A stretch of DNA of 64,000 nucleotides from Verrucomicrobiota bacterium. Its GTDB lineage: Bacteria; Verrucomicrobiota; Verrucomicrobiia; Limisphaerales; JADLHS01. A model generated the notes under the pieces. The model was not told where the DNA came from. It searched no databases and was given only the letters and a program-made list of their open reading frames with translations. This document shows positions 46,157 through 55,020 of the stretch, in pieces. The first letter of the stretch is position 1, and every line of letters starts with the position of its first letter. The stretch lies in assembly GCA_025350905.1 (NCBI GenBank), contig JANXWY010000254.1:365-64364 (forward strand). Reading direction: 5' to 3'. The translations under genes were made by a program, and so were the position numbers.

Positions 46157-47086
46157 CTAAAGGTGGCAATGGCGTAAAAATTCCCGATTGCGCCGCGCAA
46201 ATTCCTGGGGCGCGCCCATGCCGGGCAAAACATCCTGTTCCACGACAATCCAACCCGGGTAACCATCCCGTTGCAGCTCGGCAGCAAACGCCTTGAAGTC
46301 GATGTCGCCTCGGCCGAGTTCGCAAAAGATGCCGTGCTTCAGGGAGGCAAAATAATCCCACTCGTTGCGGCGCGATTGTTCATCCACCTGTGGGCTGCAG
46401 TCCTTGAAGTGGACGTGCCAGATGCGTTCTTTGAACTGCCGGTACGCGCGGAGCGGATCGCCGCCCCCGCCGAAACGAAAGTGGCCCGTGTCGAAACAAA
46501 GCCCGACGAGCTTGGGGTCGGTCAATTTCATGAGCTGCTCGATTTCCCAGGGCGTCTCGACAAACCCAGCGCAATGATGGTGGAACACGCTCCGCAACCC
46601 GGTCTGGCGGCGGACCGCCTCCGCGACCCGATCCACTCCTTTGCTGAAGGTTTCCCATTTCTGTTTGGACAGGCGGTGCTCCGAACGGATGCGGCCAGCG
46701 AGTTTCGTTCGCGTCGCGTCCTGGCCGTTATCATCGGCCAGCACAATGAACGGGAGCGGGCCCATGGCCTCGGCCATCAAGCGCGCCGTCTTGACGGCCC
46801 GGGCTTCCCCGTCGGCATGGGCGGACTCGCGCGCGAAAGCCACGGGGACGAAAGCGCCGAGCAATGCCAGTTCCCGAGTTTGCAGTTCACGTCGCAAAAC
46901 TTTTGGATCGGTGGGCATGAACCCCCAGTCGCCTAATTCCGTGCCGGTGTAGCCGGTCGCTTTGATTTCATCCAGCACCTGGGCGTACCCGAGCGCCTTG
47001 CCCGGCAAATCAAATTCGAGCACGCCCCAGGAACAGGGCGCGTTGGCGACGGGAATCGAACGGGCGGGCTTGACGACTGGTTTCAT
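46157..47086 (-). CDS. iolE: xylose-isomerase-like TIM-barrel protein, IolE-like (myo-inosose-2 dehydratase)
   Basis: APCSWGV...ATGYTGTELGDWGFMPTDPKVLRREL pattern, and a position directly after iolD. Confidence 0.65.
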   Translation of the reverse strand: MKPVVKPARSIPVANAPCSWGVLEFDLPGKALGYAQVLDEIKATGYTGTELGDWGFMPTDPKVLRRELQTRELALLGAFVPVAFARESAHADGEARAVKTARLMAEAMGPLPFIVLADDNGQDATRTKLAGRIRSEHRLSKQKWETFSKGVDRVAEAVRRQTGLRSVFHHHCAGFVETPWEIEQLMKLTDPKLVGLCFDTGHFRFGGGGDPLRAYRQFKERIWHVHFKDCSPQVDEQSRRNEWDYFASLKHGIFCELGRGDIDFKAFAAELQRDGYPGWIVVEQDVLPGMGAPQEFARRNREFLRHCHL

Positions 47087-47143
47087 CGCGTGCGGTTGAT
47101 TCTTGCGGCCTGGGTTCTGGTTTGAGGTTCAAGTTTCAGGTCG

Positions 47144-49006
47144 TCACAGATAATAACGCTCCCGGGTTTTGGCGCGCTCATAGTTCTTCCGCGCCTTTTT
47201 GACGGCGGCGCTGGTGGAGATTTCTGCGATGGGCACGTCCCACCAGGATTCGTACCCGGGCACGCGTTGCTCCAGACTGGTCTCGATCACAATGACGGTC
47301 GTCTGCGTTTGCCGGCGGGCTTCGGTCAGCGCCGATTTCAGTTCCGGAACATCCCGGGCCGTGATGACATGGGCGCCGAGGCTGCGCGCGTTGGCCGCGT
47401 AGTCCACCGCCACGGGTGCGCCGTCGAGCTGCGCCGTTTTTGTATTGCGCAAGCGGTAGCGCGTGCCGAAGCCGCCGCTCCCGATCGCGCGCGACAGGCC
47501 GCCGATGCTTTGAAAACCATGGTTGTTGAGCAACAAGACCGTCAGCTTGTATCCCTCTTGGATGGCGGTGACCAGCTCGGACGACATCATCAGCCAGGAC
47601 CCGTCCCCAATCAGCACATAAACTTCCCGGTCCGGCGCGGCCATCTTCACCCCCAGCCCGCCGGCGATTTCGTAGCCCATACACGAGTAGCCGTATTCCA
47701 TGTGGTATCCCTTCGGATCACGCGTGCGCCAGAGTTTGTGCAAATCCCCCGGCAGACTGCCCGCCGCGCCCATCACCACGTCCTGCGGTCGCGCAAAGTC
47801 ATTCACCGCGCCGACCACGGCGCCTTGGTTAACCGGCGTGCCCGTGTCCAAGTGGTAAAGGCGTTCGACTTCCTTATCCCAAGCGCGGTTGAATTTCTGT
47901 CCCTGCTGGCGATAGGCGCGGCTGACCTGCCAGCCGCGGAGCGACTTGCCCAGCGCTTCCAACGCCGCCCGCGCGTCCGCCACCAGTGGCAGCGCGGAGC
48001 GTTTGCACGCGTCGAACTCCGCAACGTTGATGTTGAGGAAGCGAACCTTCGGGTTTTGAAACGCGGTGTTCGAAGCGGTGGTAAAGTCGCTGTACCGGGT
48101 GCCGATGCCGAGGACCAGATCGGCCTCGCGCGCCGTGATGTTGGCGCCGGGCGTGCCGGTGGCGCCGATGGCGCCGAGCGATTGGGGATGGTCATAGCGC
48201 AAAGCGCCTTTGCCGGCCTGTGTTTCTGCCACGGGAATGCCGGTTTGTTCGGCGAACAGCGCCAGGGCGGCCTGGGCTTCGCTGTAAAGCACCCCGCCAC
48301 CCGCGATGATGATGGGTTTTTTGCTCGCGCGAATCCATTCGACCGCCCGCTTTAACAGCGTGGCTTCGGGTACCGGGCGCGGGATATACCACACCCGGTC
48401 CGCGAACAGTTCGGTCGGGTAGTCGAAGCCCTCCGTTTGCACATCCTGCGGCAACGCGAGCGTCACGGCGCCGGTCTCGGCGGGAGAGGTCAACACACGC
48501 ATGACTTCCGGCAGCGCGTTCATGAGCTGATCCGCGCGGTTGAGGCGGTCCCAGTATTTGGAAACCGGCCGGAAGCAATCGTTGACCGATACGTCCTGCG
48601 ACGACGGATGTTCGAGTTGTTGCAACACGGGGCCGACGTTGCGGCGCGCGAAGATGTCGCCGGGCAAAAGCAGCACCGGGAGACGGTTGATGGTGGCCAG
48701 CGCCGCACCGGTCACCATATTGGTCGCGCCGGGGCCGATCGAGCTGACGCAGGCAAAGGTGCGGAGCCGATTGTTCATCTTCGCGAAGGCGGCGGCGATG
48801 TGCACCGAACCCTGCTCGTTTTTTGTCTGGTAATAACGAAACGCTGGATACTGCTGCAGCGCTTGGCCGATGCCGGCGATACAACCATGGCCGAAAATGC
48901 CGAGGCAGCCGGCGAAGAACGGCTGGCGCCGGCCGTCGCGTTCCACGTGCTGGTGCAGCAGAAATTGAATGATCGCTTGCGCAGTCGTCAGTCGTTTCGT
49001 CTTCAT
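47144..49006 (-). CDS. iolD: 3D-(3,5/4)-trihydroxycyclohexane-1,2-dione acylhydrolase (TPP enzyme)
   Basis: 620 aa: RLTTAQAIIQFL...FGHGCIAGIGQAL and the TPP motif GDGSWLMMSSELVTA. Confidence 0.85.
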   Translation of the reverse strand: MKTKRLTTAQAIIQFLLHQHVERDGRRQPFFAGCLGIFGHGCIAGIGQALQQYPAFRYYQTKNEQGSVHIAAAFAKMNNRLRTFACVSSIGPGATNMVTGAALATINRLPVLLLPGDIFARRNVGPVLQQLEHPSSQDVSVNDCFRPVSKYWDRLNRADQLMNALPEVMRVLTSPAETGAVTLALPQDVQTEGFDYPTELFADRVWYIPRPVPEATLLKRAVEWIRASKKPIIIAGGGVLYSEAQAALALFAEQTGIPVAETQAGKGALRYDHPQSLGAIGATGTPGANITAREADLVLGIGTRYSDFTTASNTAFQNPKVRFLNINVAEFDACKRSALPLVADARAALEALGKSLRGWQVSRAYRQQGQKFNRAWDKEVERLYHLDTGTPVNQGAVVGAVNDFARPQDVVMGAAGSLPGDLHKLWRTRDPKGYHMEYGYSCMGYEIAGGLGVKMAAPDREVYVLIGDGSWLMMSSELVTAIQEGYKLTVLLLNNHGFQSIGGLSRAIGSGGFGTRYRLRNTKTAQLDGAPVAVDYAANARSLGAHVITARDVPELKSALTEARRQTQTTVIVIETSLEQRVPGYESWWDVPIAEISTSAAVKKARKNYERAKTRERYYL

Positions 49007-49019
49007 GGGAATTGATGTA

Positions 49020-50039
49020 TCAAAAGCCGCCGCGTTCTTCGATGAATTTTAATGCCTCCGCCTCATAGGCCATGAAATTGGCGCAGCCGTGGCGCGTAAC
49101 CACGATGGCGCCGCCGGCGTTGCCCATGCGCGCGGCCCGGTACCAGTCCCAACCTTTCACGAGACCGTAGATGAAACCGGAGGCGAAGGCGTCGCCCGCG
49201 CCGAGGACGTTATAGACCTCCACCGGAAAGCCGGGCACATCGGTCGGCTGGCCAGCCGTTGGAAACAGCGTGGCCCCTTTCTCGCCGCGCTTCACGACAA
49301 TCAGTTTGGGGCCGTGGCGTTGCAGGGCATGGACGGCATGCTCCAGATCACCGGCGACGCGCGCCCCGGAAATTTGGGAGTGGCTGACGTTGACCTGCGT
49401 GGGGTCGGTGAGATTGGCGGCTTTGCATTCGTCCTCGGTGCCGAGGACGATGTCCACCAACGGCAAAGCCGCGCGCACCGTGACGCCGAAGGCGCGGGCG
49501 TCGTGCCACTGGTTCGGGCGAAAATCCAGGTCGAGCACCACGGTGGCGCCGGCGGCCTTGGCCTGCTCGGCGGCAAAAAGATTGGCGCTGCGACTCGGCT
49601 CCCGGCTGAGGCCGGTACCGGAAAACTCGAAGATGCGTCCGTCGGCGATGGGGGTCTTGAGCACATCATCAATCGAAAGCTGATTGTCCGCGCAATTATC
49701 GCGGTAATACACGAGCGGGAACTTGTCCGGTGGCTCAATGCCCAAAATCACTGCGCTGGTCCGGCTGTCGGGTTTGCGCGGGATAAATTTGGTTTCCACT
49801 CCTTCCTGCTTGAGAAAATTCAGAATGAAATCGCCGACCGGATCTTCGCCCACCGCCGTGAGCACGGCCGTCCGCAATCCCAGCCGCTGCGCGCCCACCG
49901 CGATGTTCGTCGGCGAGCCGCCGACGTACGCGGCGAAGGATTTGATTTGCGGGAACGGCGCGCCTACTTCATTCGCGTAAAGATCAATGGACGAGCGTCC
50001 CATCGTGATGAGATCGAAAGTGGGAGGTGGCTTGGTCAT
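49020..50039 (-). CDS. iolC: 5-dehydro-2-deoxygluconokinase (PfkB family)
   Basis: DLITMGRSSIDLY...FAAYVGGSPTNIAVG and GAGDAFASGFIYG. Confidence 0.85.
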   Translation of the reverse strand: MTKPPPTFDLITMGRSSIDLYANEVGAPFPQIKSFAAYVGGSPTNIAVGAQRLGLRTAVLTAVGEDPVGDFILNFLKQEGVETKFIPRKPDSRTSAVILGIEPPDKFPLVYYRDNCADNQLSIDDVLKTPIADGRIFEFSGTGLSREPSRSANLFAAEQAKAAGATVVLDLDFRPNQWHDARAFGVTVRAALPLVDIVLGTEDECKAANLTDPTQVNVSHSQISGARVAGDLEHAVHALQRHGPKLIVVKRGEKGATLFPTAGQPTDVPGFPVEVYNVLGAGDAFASGFIYGLVKGWDWYRAARMGNAGGAIVVTRHGCANFMAYEAEALKFIEERGGF

Positions 50040-50069
50040 AGTTTAGCGGTAACAGTTCAGTCGGATGGA

Positions 50070-50215
50070 CCCCTCACCCTGACCCTCTCCCCATCCGATG
50101 GAGCGAGGGAACAGCGAAGTTCGCGTCACGACACTTCCAGCCGTGCTGGTTTCACCTACAGGCTGACGAGAATTCTCCCTCTCCCTTTCCGAAAGGGAGA
50201 GGGCCGGGGTGAGGG
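50070..50215. repeat. family-1 TIR mini-element (146 bp), intergenic iolC-iolB
   Basis: Left arm cccctcaccctgaccctctcccc..., right arm ...gggagagggccggggtgaggg. The right arm is near-identical to the pabB copy. Confidence 0.8.
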
Positions 50216-50239
50216 TTTGGCTCGATTGCATTACGACAC

Positions 50240-51139
50240 CTAGTTTTTTGTCCCGTCGGTGGCCTTCTCCATCGCCATCGTCACCATCGGCACGCGCGGA
50301 TCCAGTGTCGTCCACGTTCCCTTGATCCAGGCGTGGTCAGGGTCGTCGATGTTGGCCAGCGACTGCGCGCTGCCGGCAAGAAAATTCAAATAGTAAGTCG
50401 GGTAACCGTGCGCCGCCGCCACCGGATGATAGCCCTCCGGCACGAGCACCACGTCGTTGTTGCGTGCTACCAATACTTCATTGAGACGCAAGTCAGAGGT
50501 GTAAACTCGTTGGATGGCGTAACCCTCCGGGCGATCGAATTTGTAGAAGTACGTTTCCTCCAGATCGGCCTCAATCAGTTTGCCCGCGGCATCCACGCGA
50601 TGCACGTCATGTTTGTGCGGCGGATACGAACTCCAACTCCCGGCCGGCGTGTACACCTCGACCGCCACCAACCGATGACAGTCGAAGCCGGGAGGGAGCA
50701 GCGAATTGATCTGCCGCGTGGCGTTGCCGCCACCCCGAATTTCCACCGCGACTTGTTCCGGCGTCACCAGTCGGGGTGGATGGTTTCCCTCCGACCGACA
50801 CCAACCGCAGGCGAGGTCCACGCCTTCAGCAAGTGCGGTCACGGTGAATTCCGTTTCCCGCGGCAAATAAAGCGCGTAGGGCATCCCGTGAAAAACATCC
50901 GGTCGCCGGCCGATCTTCGGCCACGCGCCGCGTGAAGATTCGACCGAGCAACTGCCGCCCAAGACCACGAAGCCGTACTCATACGGGCCCGTGTTGCCGT
51001 GCCAGGTTTCGCCCCGGCTCAGGGTGCGCGCCGCAAAACTCAAGTGCTCCCAGCCAGCGGTCTCGGGCGTGACGCGAACATATTCGCCCGGCGTTGACTT
51101 CGGGCGGACGAGCAAGGGCGATTCAGTTGACGGCTTCAT
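50240..51139 (-). CDS. iolB: 5-deoxy-glucuronate isomerase
   Basis: 299-aa cupin-type protein: ...FVVLGGSCSV...YYLNFLAGSAQSLANIDDPDHAWIK. Confidence 0.85.
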   Translation of the reverse strand: MKPSTESPLLVRPKSTPGEYVRVTPETAGWEHLSFAARTLSRGETWHGNTGPYEYGFVVLGGSCSVESSRGAWPKIGRRPDVFHGMPYALYLPRETEFTVTALAEGVDLACGWCRSEGNHPPRLVTPEQVAVEIRGGGNATRQINSLLPPGFDCHRLVAVEVYTPAGSWSSYPPHKHDVHRVDAAGKLIEADLEETYFYKFDRPEGYAIQRVYTSDLRLNEVLVARNNDVVLVPEGYHPVAAAHGYPTYYLNFLAGSAQSLANIDDPDHAWIKGTWTTLDPRVPMVTMAMEKATDGTKN

Positions 51140-51177
51140 TATTCAGGAAGTTTTTAGCCCGCACTCCGCAGTTGGCA

Positions 51178-51200
51178 GGGTCATCGCGCTGCGATGACCC
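51178..51200. repeat. 23-bp perfect palindrome gggtcatcgc-gct-gcgatgaccc
   Basis: 10-bp perfect stem with a 3-nt loop. A sister copy lies at 52128-52148. Confidence 0.8.
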
Positions 51201-51264
51201 CGCGCTGTATCAGGCGCGGAACACATCTCGACTTTTGAGCCGGCGCGCCGAAGTAAACGGTTCA

Positions 51265-51391
51265 CTCTCACCCTTACCCTCTCCCGCTGGGAGAGGAGGC
51301 CAGGCGCGGGATCGAAGCATGGAGCGCGACGATTTGCCGACCGGCGCCGAAACGGATTCCCTCTCCCAGCGGGAGAGGGTAAGGGTGAGGG
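51265..51391. repeat. family-1 TIR mini-element (~127 bp)
   Basis: ctcacccttaccctctcccgctgggagagg ... ccctctcccagcgggagagggtaagggtgaggg. Confidence 0.8.
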
Positions 51392-51421
51392 AGAACGCCA
51401 CCTAATCCTGCACGCCAACTC

Positions 51422-51856
51422 ATGCTCAAACAGTCGCCCAAGCAAACCGCCCTCGCCTGCAAGCTGCGCCACGCCGACACCTAGGCCGAGCAACTCCTCT
51501 GGCGCTGGCTGCGCGACCGCCGTTTCTCCGCCTATAAGTTTCGCCGCCAACAGCCGCTCGGCCCGCACACTTTGGATTTCTTCTGCCCCGAAGCAAAACT
51601 GAACATCGAACTGGACGGCTCGCAACATGGCCACCCGGAACAGGCTCGAGCGGACGCGGAGCGCGACCGTTGGCTGGAGGAGCGCGGCATCAAGGTGCTG
51701 CGCTACTGGAATGGACGACTGCGCCGGGAGAAACAGGTGGTGCGCGACGCCATCTGGCAGGCGTTGCAGGAACGCGCGCCGAAGCCGCTGCCGGATTATT
51801 GTCGTCCGGGAGTGGTGTCCCCAAAAGCTCAGGGTCAAAGGACGCCGCTTGCATAA
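51422..51856 (+). pseudogene. DUF559 endonuclease-domain gene with one in-frame TAG
   Basis: MLKQSPKQTALACKLRHADT*AEQLLWRWLRDRRFSAYKFRRQQPLGPHTLDFFCPEAKLNIELDGSQHG...RDRWLEERGIKVLRYWN matches the DUF559 pattern along its whole length. The TAG at 51482-51484 sits where T-x-AE is usual. The ORF-track ORF (51572) starts at an internal TTG. Confidence 0.75.
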
Positions 51857-51867
51857 CTCATGCTCCT

Positions 51868-52017
51868 CCCTCACCCCGGCCCTCTCCCGCTGGGAGAGGG
51901 AGAATCGCAGTCCGCAGACGGTCGTCGCCGGAGTCTGAGGCGGCAGCAGGCGCATTGGCAAAATCCGCGCCGACGAAGGCTGTTCCCTCTCCCAGCGGGA
52001 GAGGGTCAGGGTGAGGG
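51868..52017. repeat. family-1 TIR mini-element (150 bp)
   Basis: ccctcaccccggccctctcccgctgggagaggg ... ccctctcccagcgggagagggtcagggtgaggg. Confidence 0.8.
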
Positions 52018-52044
52018 TGAATGGTGGCGTTAAATTTGACGCGC

Positions 52045-53082
52045 TCACTTTTTGAAATGCTCCCTGGGCGCGGCATGAGTAATTAAGCTCACCGGCGCAA
52101 TTCCCTTCGCCCGCTCTGCGCGGGCGTGGTCATCGCAGCGCGATGACCCTACCTCCTCGGTCTGACCGGCGGCACCGAGCGTCGTGCACCTGGCCGCCAC
52201 GAACGCGGCGAACTCGGCCACGTAGGTTTTCCCGGGTTGCATGAAATCGAACTCCTTCGGGGATTGCTGAAAGAACTCGCGGTGGACACGCGTCCAGATC
52301 AACCGGCCATCGGTACCAATGTTGACCTTGGTGATGCCCGAGGCGATCGCGCGCGGCAGTTCACTCTCGGCCACCCCGCTGGCGGTTGCGTCCAGTTTAC
52401 CACCCGCCGCGTTGATCCGTTCGACTTCCCGGACCGGCACGGCCGAGCCACCGTGCAGTACCAACGGAAAACCCGGCAGCCGTTTCTGGATTTCCGCGAG
52501 GCGATCAAAGTGCAATCCCTGTTTGCCAGAAAACTTGTACGCCCCATGACTGGTGCCGATGGCCACCGCGAGACTGTCACAACCGGTGCGTTGGACAAAT
52601 TCCTCCGCCTGCGCCGGGTCGGTCAGGATCGCTTCCTTCGCGTCCACGCTCATTTCGTCCTCGATGCCCCGCAACAAACCCAGTTCGGCTTCCACGGCGA
52701 TGCCGCGGGCGTGCGCCTGCTCCACGACCCGCTTCGTGGTCGCCACGTTTTCTGCAAATGGATGATGCGAGGCATCAATCATCACGGAGTGGTAATCGCC
52801 TGATGCGATCGCCTCCGCGCAACTCGCCTCATCGCCGTGGTCGTGATGACAGGCAAAGACCACGCTGGGATAAATTTCCGCCGCCGCCTCCAACATCGCC
52901 GCCAGCATCCGGGGATGCGCATAACTCCGCATCACGCGGGTGAACTGGACGATAACTGGCGCATGGGCCTGCTCCGCTCCGCGAAATAAACCGTGGACTT
53001 GTTCCATGTTGGACACATTGAAAGCGCCCAGCGCATAGCGGCCATAGGCGGCTTGCAGCAGGTCAAGGGTGGCGGAGCGCAT
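52045..53082 (-). CDS. fba: class II fructose-bisphosphate aldolase family (possible IolJ-type role)
   Basis: GAFNVSNMEQ, ACHHDHGD, IGTSHGAYKF and VLHGGSAVP. The C-terminal ~35 residues run through a palindromic repeat. Confidence 0.85.
   Translation of the reverse strand: MRSATLDLLQAAYGRYALGAFNVSNMEQVHGLFRGAEQAHAPVIVQFTRVMRSYAHPRMLAAMLEAAAEIYPSVVFACHHDHGDEASCAEAIASGDYHSVMIDASHHPFAENVATTKRVVEQAHARGIAVEAELGLLRGIEDEMSVDAKEAILTDPAQAEEFVQRTGCDSLAVAIGTSHGAYKFSGKQGLHFDRLAEIQKRLPGFPLVLHGGSAVPVREVERINAAGGKLDATASGVAESELPRAIASGITKVNIGTDGRLIWTRVHREFFQQSPKEFDFMQPGKTYVAEFAAFVAARCTTLGAAGQTEEVGSSRCDDHARAERAKGIAPVSLITHAAPREHFKK
52128..52148. repeat. 21-bp palindrome ggtcatcgc-agc-gcgatgacc
   Basis: Sister of 51178-51200. 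It lies inside the aldolase C-terminal tail and is translated as SSRCDDHA. Confidence 0.8.
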
Positions 53083-53248
53083 TCGGTCTTCCGAGGTTCA
53101 CGTTAATGAAATTAGTCTGCGGACACCGTGCTCAGGTGACAAGACCATTCAGCAAAACTGAAACGGGATGCGCGGCATTGATGAAATCCGGACGGCCATT
53201 GCCGGGCAAGCGTTGCCTTCACAGAGCCGTGTGCCTAATCTCCGCCGG

Positions 53249-54973
53249 ATGAATTTTAACTGGCGTCGCCGGGAATTCGCGTTTGCGGGCATCGTGGCTC
53301 TGGCATTTCTGACCGGCCTCTTTTTGCGGGTGTATCTGCTGAGCGATCTGGTGTTGATGGATGATGAATGGCACGGTCTGCATTACACCATTGGCAAATC
53401 TCCCGTCTGGCTCCTCACGCATTTTTCGATTCCGGGCGCGACGTGCATTCCGCTGAATTTCTACACCTGGGCCTTGGCGGCCACGGTTGGGTGGTCGGAA
53501 ACGCTGCTCCGGTTGCCGTCGGTGCTCAGCGGATTATTGTGCATCATCGTCGGTCCGTGGCTGGCCCGGGAACTCGTTGGCTTCCGCCGGGCCGCGCTCC
53601 TCGCGCTGCTGTTGGCCATTTCCCCGATGCTGATTTTCTACAGTCGCATTTGTCGGCCCTACAGCTTTGTCGCCCTGTTGAGCTTCGCCACCATTCTGTT
53701 GGCCGCCCGCTGGCGACAGTCGGGCGATCGCCGCCACGCACTACTGTTTGTCGCAACGGGAACTCTGGCGGTCTACTTCCATTTATTCGCAGTCATCGCG
53801 GTCGCCGCCCCTTTTCTAATTACTGTGGGAGCCTGCCTGCACGCGCGTTGGCGGAAGCTGCCGCTCACGGCGGTCGCGGGTCCGCCGTTGCGCCAATGGT
53901 TCGCGGCGGCGGCGGCGATGGCGGGCCTGATCGCGATCCTGGTGCTGCCGGCTTTCATCGGCTCGCTCCGGAGCACTTTTTTCAAGGTGGCACTGACGGG
54001 CACGCTCCATTGGAGTTCCGTTCCGGAAGTGGCAATGCTCTTTGCCGGCACCGGGCAACCGATACTGGGCGGGTTGTTTTGGGCCGCGGTCGTCGGGGGC
54101 GCCGTTATGCTTTTTCGGCGGCAGCCTTGGTTTGGGGTCGTTCTCATCGCGCTCTATCCGCTGCATGTCGGCGCCCTGCTGCTTTCCCGGCCAGACGCCG
54201 CGCAGAGCGCGATTGTGTTGGCCCGCTATTGTCTGCCCTTGCTGCCGGTCAGTCTGCTGCTCGCCGCGTGTGGTTTTTTTTCGGCGCTGGAGGTTATCGG
54301 CGCCCGGGTGGCCCTGCGGCCGGCGGTGGTGGCGGCCGTCGGCCTGGCCGGGGTCGCCGCTCTGGCCCTCACCGGGCCGCTGCCGCAATGTTATGTGGCC
54401 CCCAACAATTTCACCAGCCACGGGGCCTATCAGCACCGCTATGGCCTCATCGACTGGCGCCGCTCCTTCTACAGCCAGCTGACCCCGCCGGACTTTCCGC
54501 TGGTCACAACCATTCGCGTGGACGAGGTGTCGCCGTTCTATCGTCAGCTCAACGAAACTCCGGGGGCCGCTCCCATTGTCGAGTATCCGATGCCGATCGG
54601 GGATCATTTCAATCCGCTCTATTACTATCAGCATTTCCATCATCGACCGGTCCTGGTTGGGTACACGACGACGCGGACGAATTCGGCCGCCTTGCCCGAG
54701 GGTAACATTTTTGGCAACACCTACATCGACCAGGTTTTGAGCCGGGTGCGTGACCCGGTTCAAATCCGGTTTCGCAATGCCGTCGGCATGGAGGACTTGG
54801 TTGCGATGCGCGTTCGGGGTGTTCAATTTATTCTGCTGCACAAACGCTTCGAGGCGCAGCTCGCCGGCGTGTTGGCGCCGCTGGCAGAACTGGAACGCTT
54901 GGGAAAACTGTATCGCGAGAAACTGGGCCGCCCCATCTATGAAGATTCCTTCATCGAGGTGTTCCAACTTTGA
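53249..54973 (+). CDS. polytopic membrane glycosyltransferase, GT39/ArnT-like (GT-C fold)
   Basis: From ATG 53249: about 12 hydrophobic segments, an early DDEWHGL acidic loop, and a soluble C-terminal domain. Assignment rests on architecture only. Confidence 0.6.
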   Translation: MNFNWRRREFAFAGIVALAFLTGLFLRVYLLSDLVLMDDEWHGLHYTIGKSPVWLLTHFSIPGATCIPLNFYTWALAATVGWSETLLRLPSVLSGLLCIIVGPWLARELVGFRRAALLALLLAISPMLIFYSRICRPYSFVALLSFATILLAARWRQSGDRRHALLFVATGTLAVYFHLFAVIAVAAPFLITVGACLHARWRKLPLTAVAGPPLRQWFAAAAAMAGLIAILVLPAFIGSLRSTFFKVALTGTLHWSSVPEVAMLFAGTGQPILGGLFWAAVVGGAVMLFRRQPWFGVVLIALYPLHVGALLLSRPDAAQSAIVLARYCLPLLPVSLLLAACGFFSALEVIGARVALRPAVVAAVGLAGVAALALTGPLPQCYVAPNNFTSHGAYQHRYGLIDWRRSFYSQLTPPDFPLVTTIRVDEVSPFYRQLNETPGAAPIVEYPMPIGDHFNPLYYYQHFHHRPVLVGYTTTRTNSAALPEGNIFGNTYIDQVLSRVRDPVQIRFRNAVGMEDLVAMRVRGVQFILLHKRFEAQLAGVLAPLAELERLGKLYREKLGRPIYEDSFIEVFQL

Positions 54974-55020
54974 CCGGACACTTCGATAGATTGGTAGGGC
55001 ACCACCCCTGGCTTTTCAGA

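Noticed and set aside
51143-52048. 301-aa minus-strand ORF across the iolB-aldolase spacer
   Set aside because: It consists of translated repeat arms (LTLTLSRWERE, PSPLPSPAGRG) plus the antisense of the DUF559 gene. It is an artefact of repeat DNA lacking stop codons.
53368-54705. 445-aa alternative-frame plus-strand ORF inside the GT-C gene
   Set aside because: It is an Arg/Gly/Pro-rich off-frame product. The frame starting at 53249 gives a coherent polytopic membrane protein.
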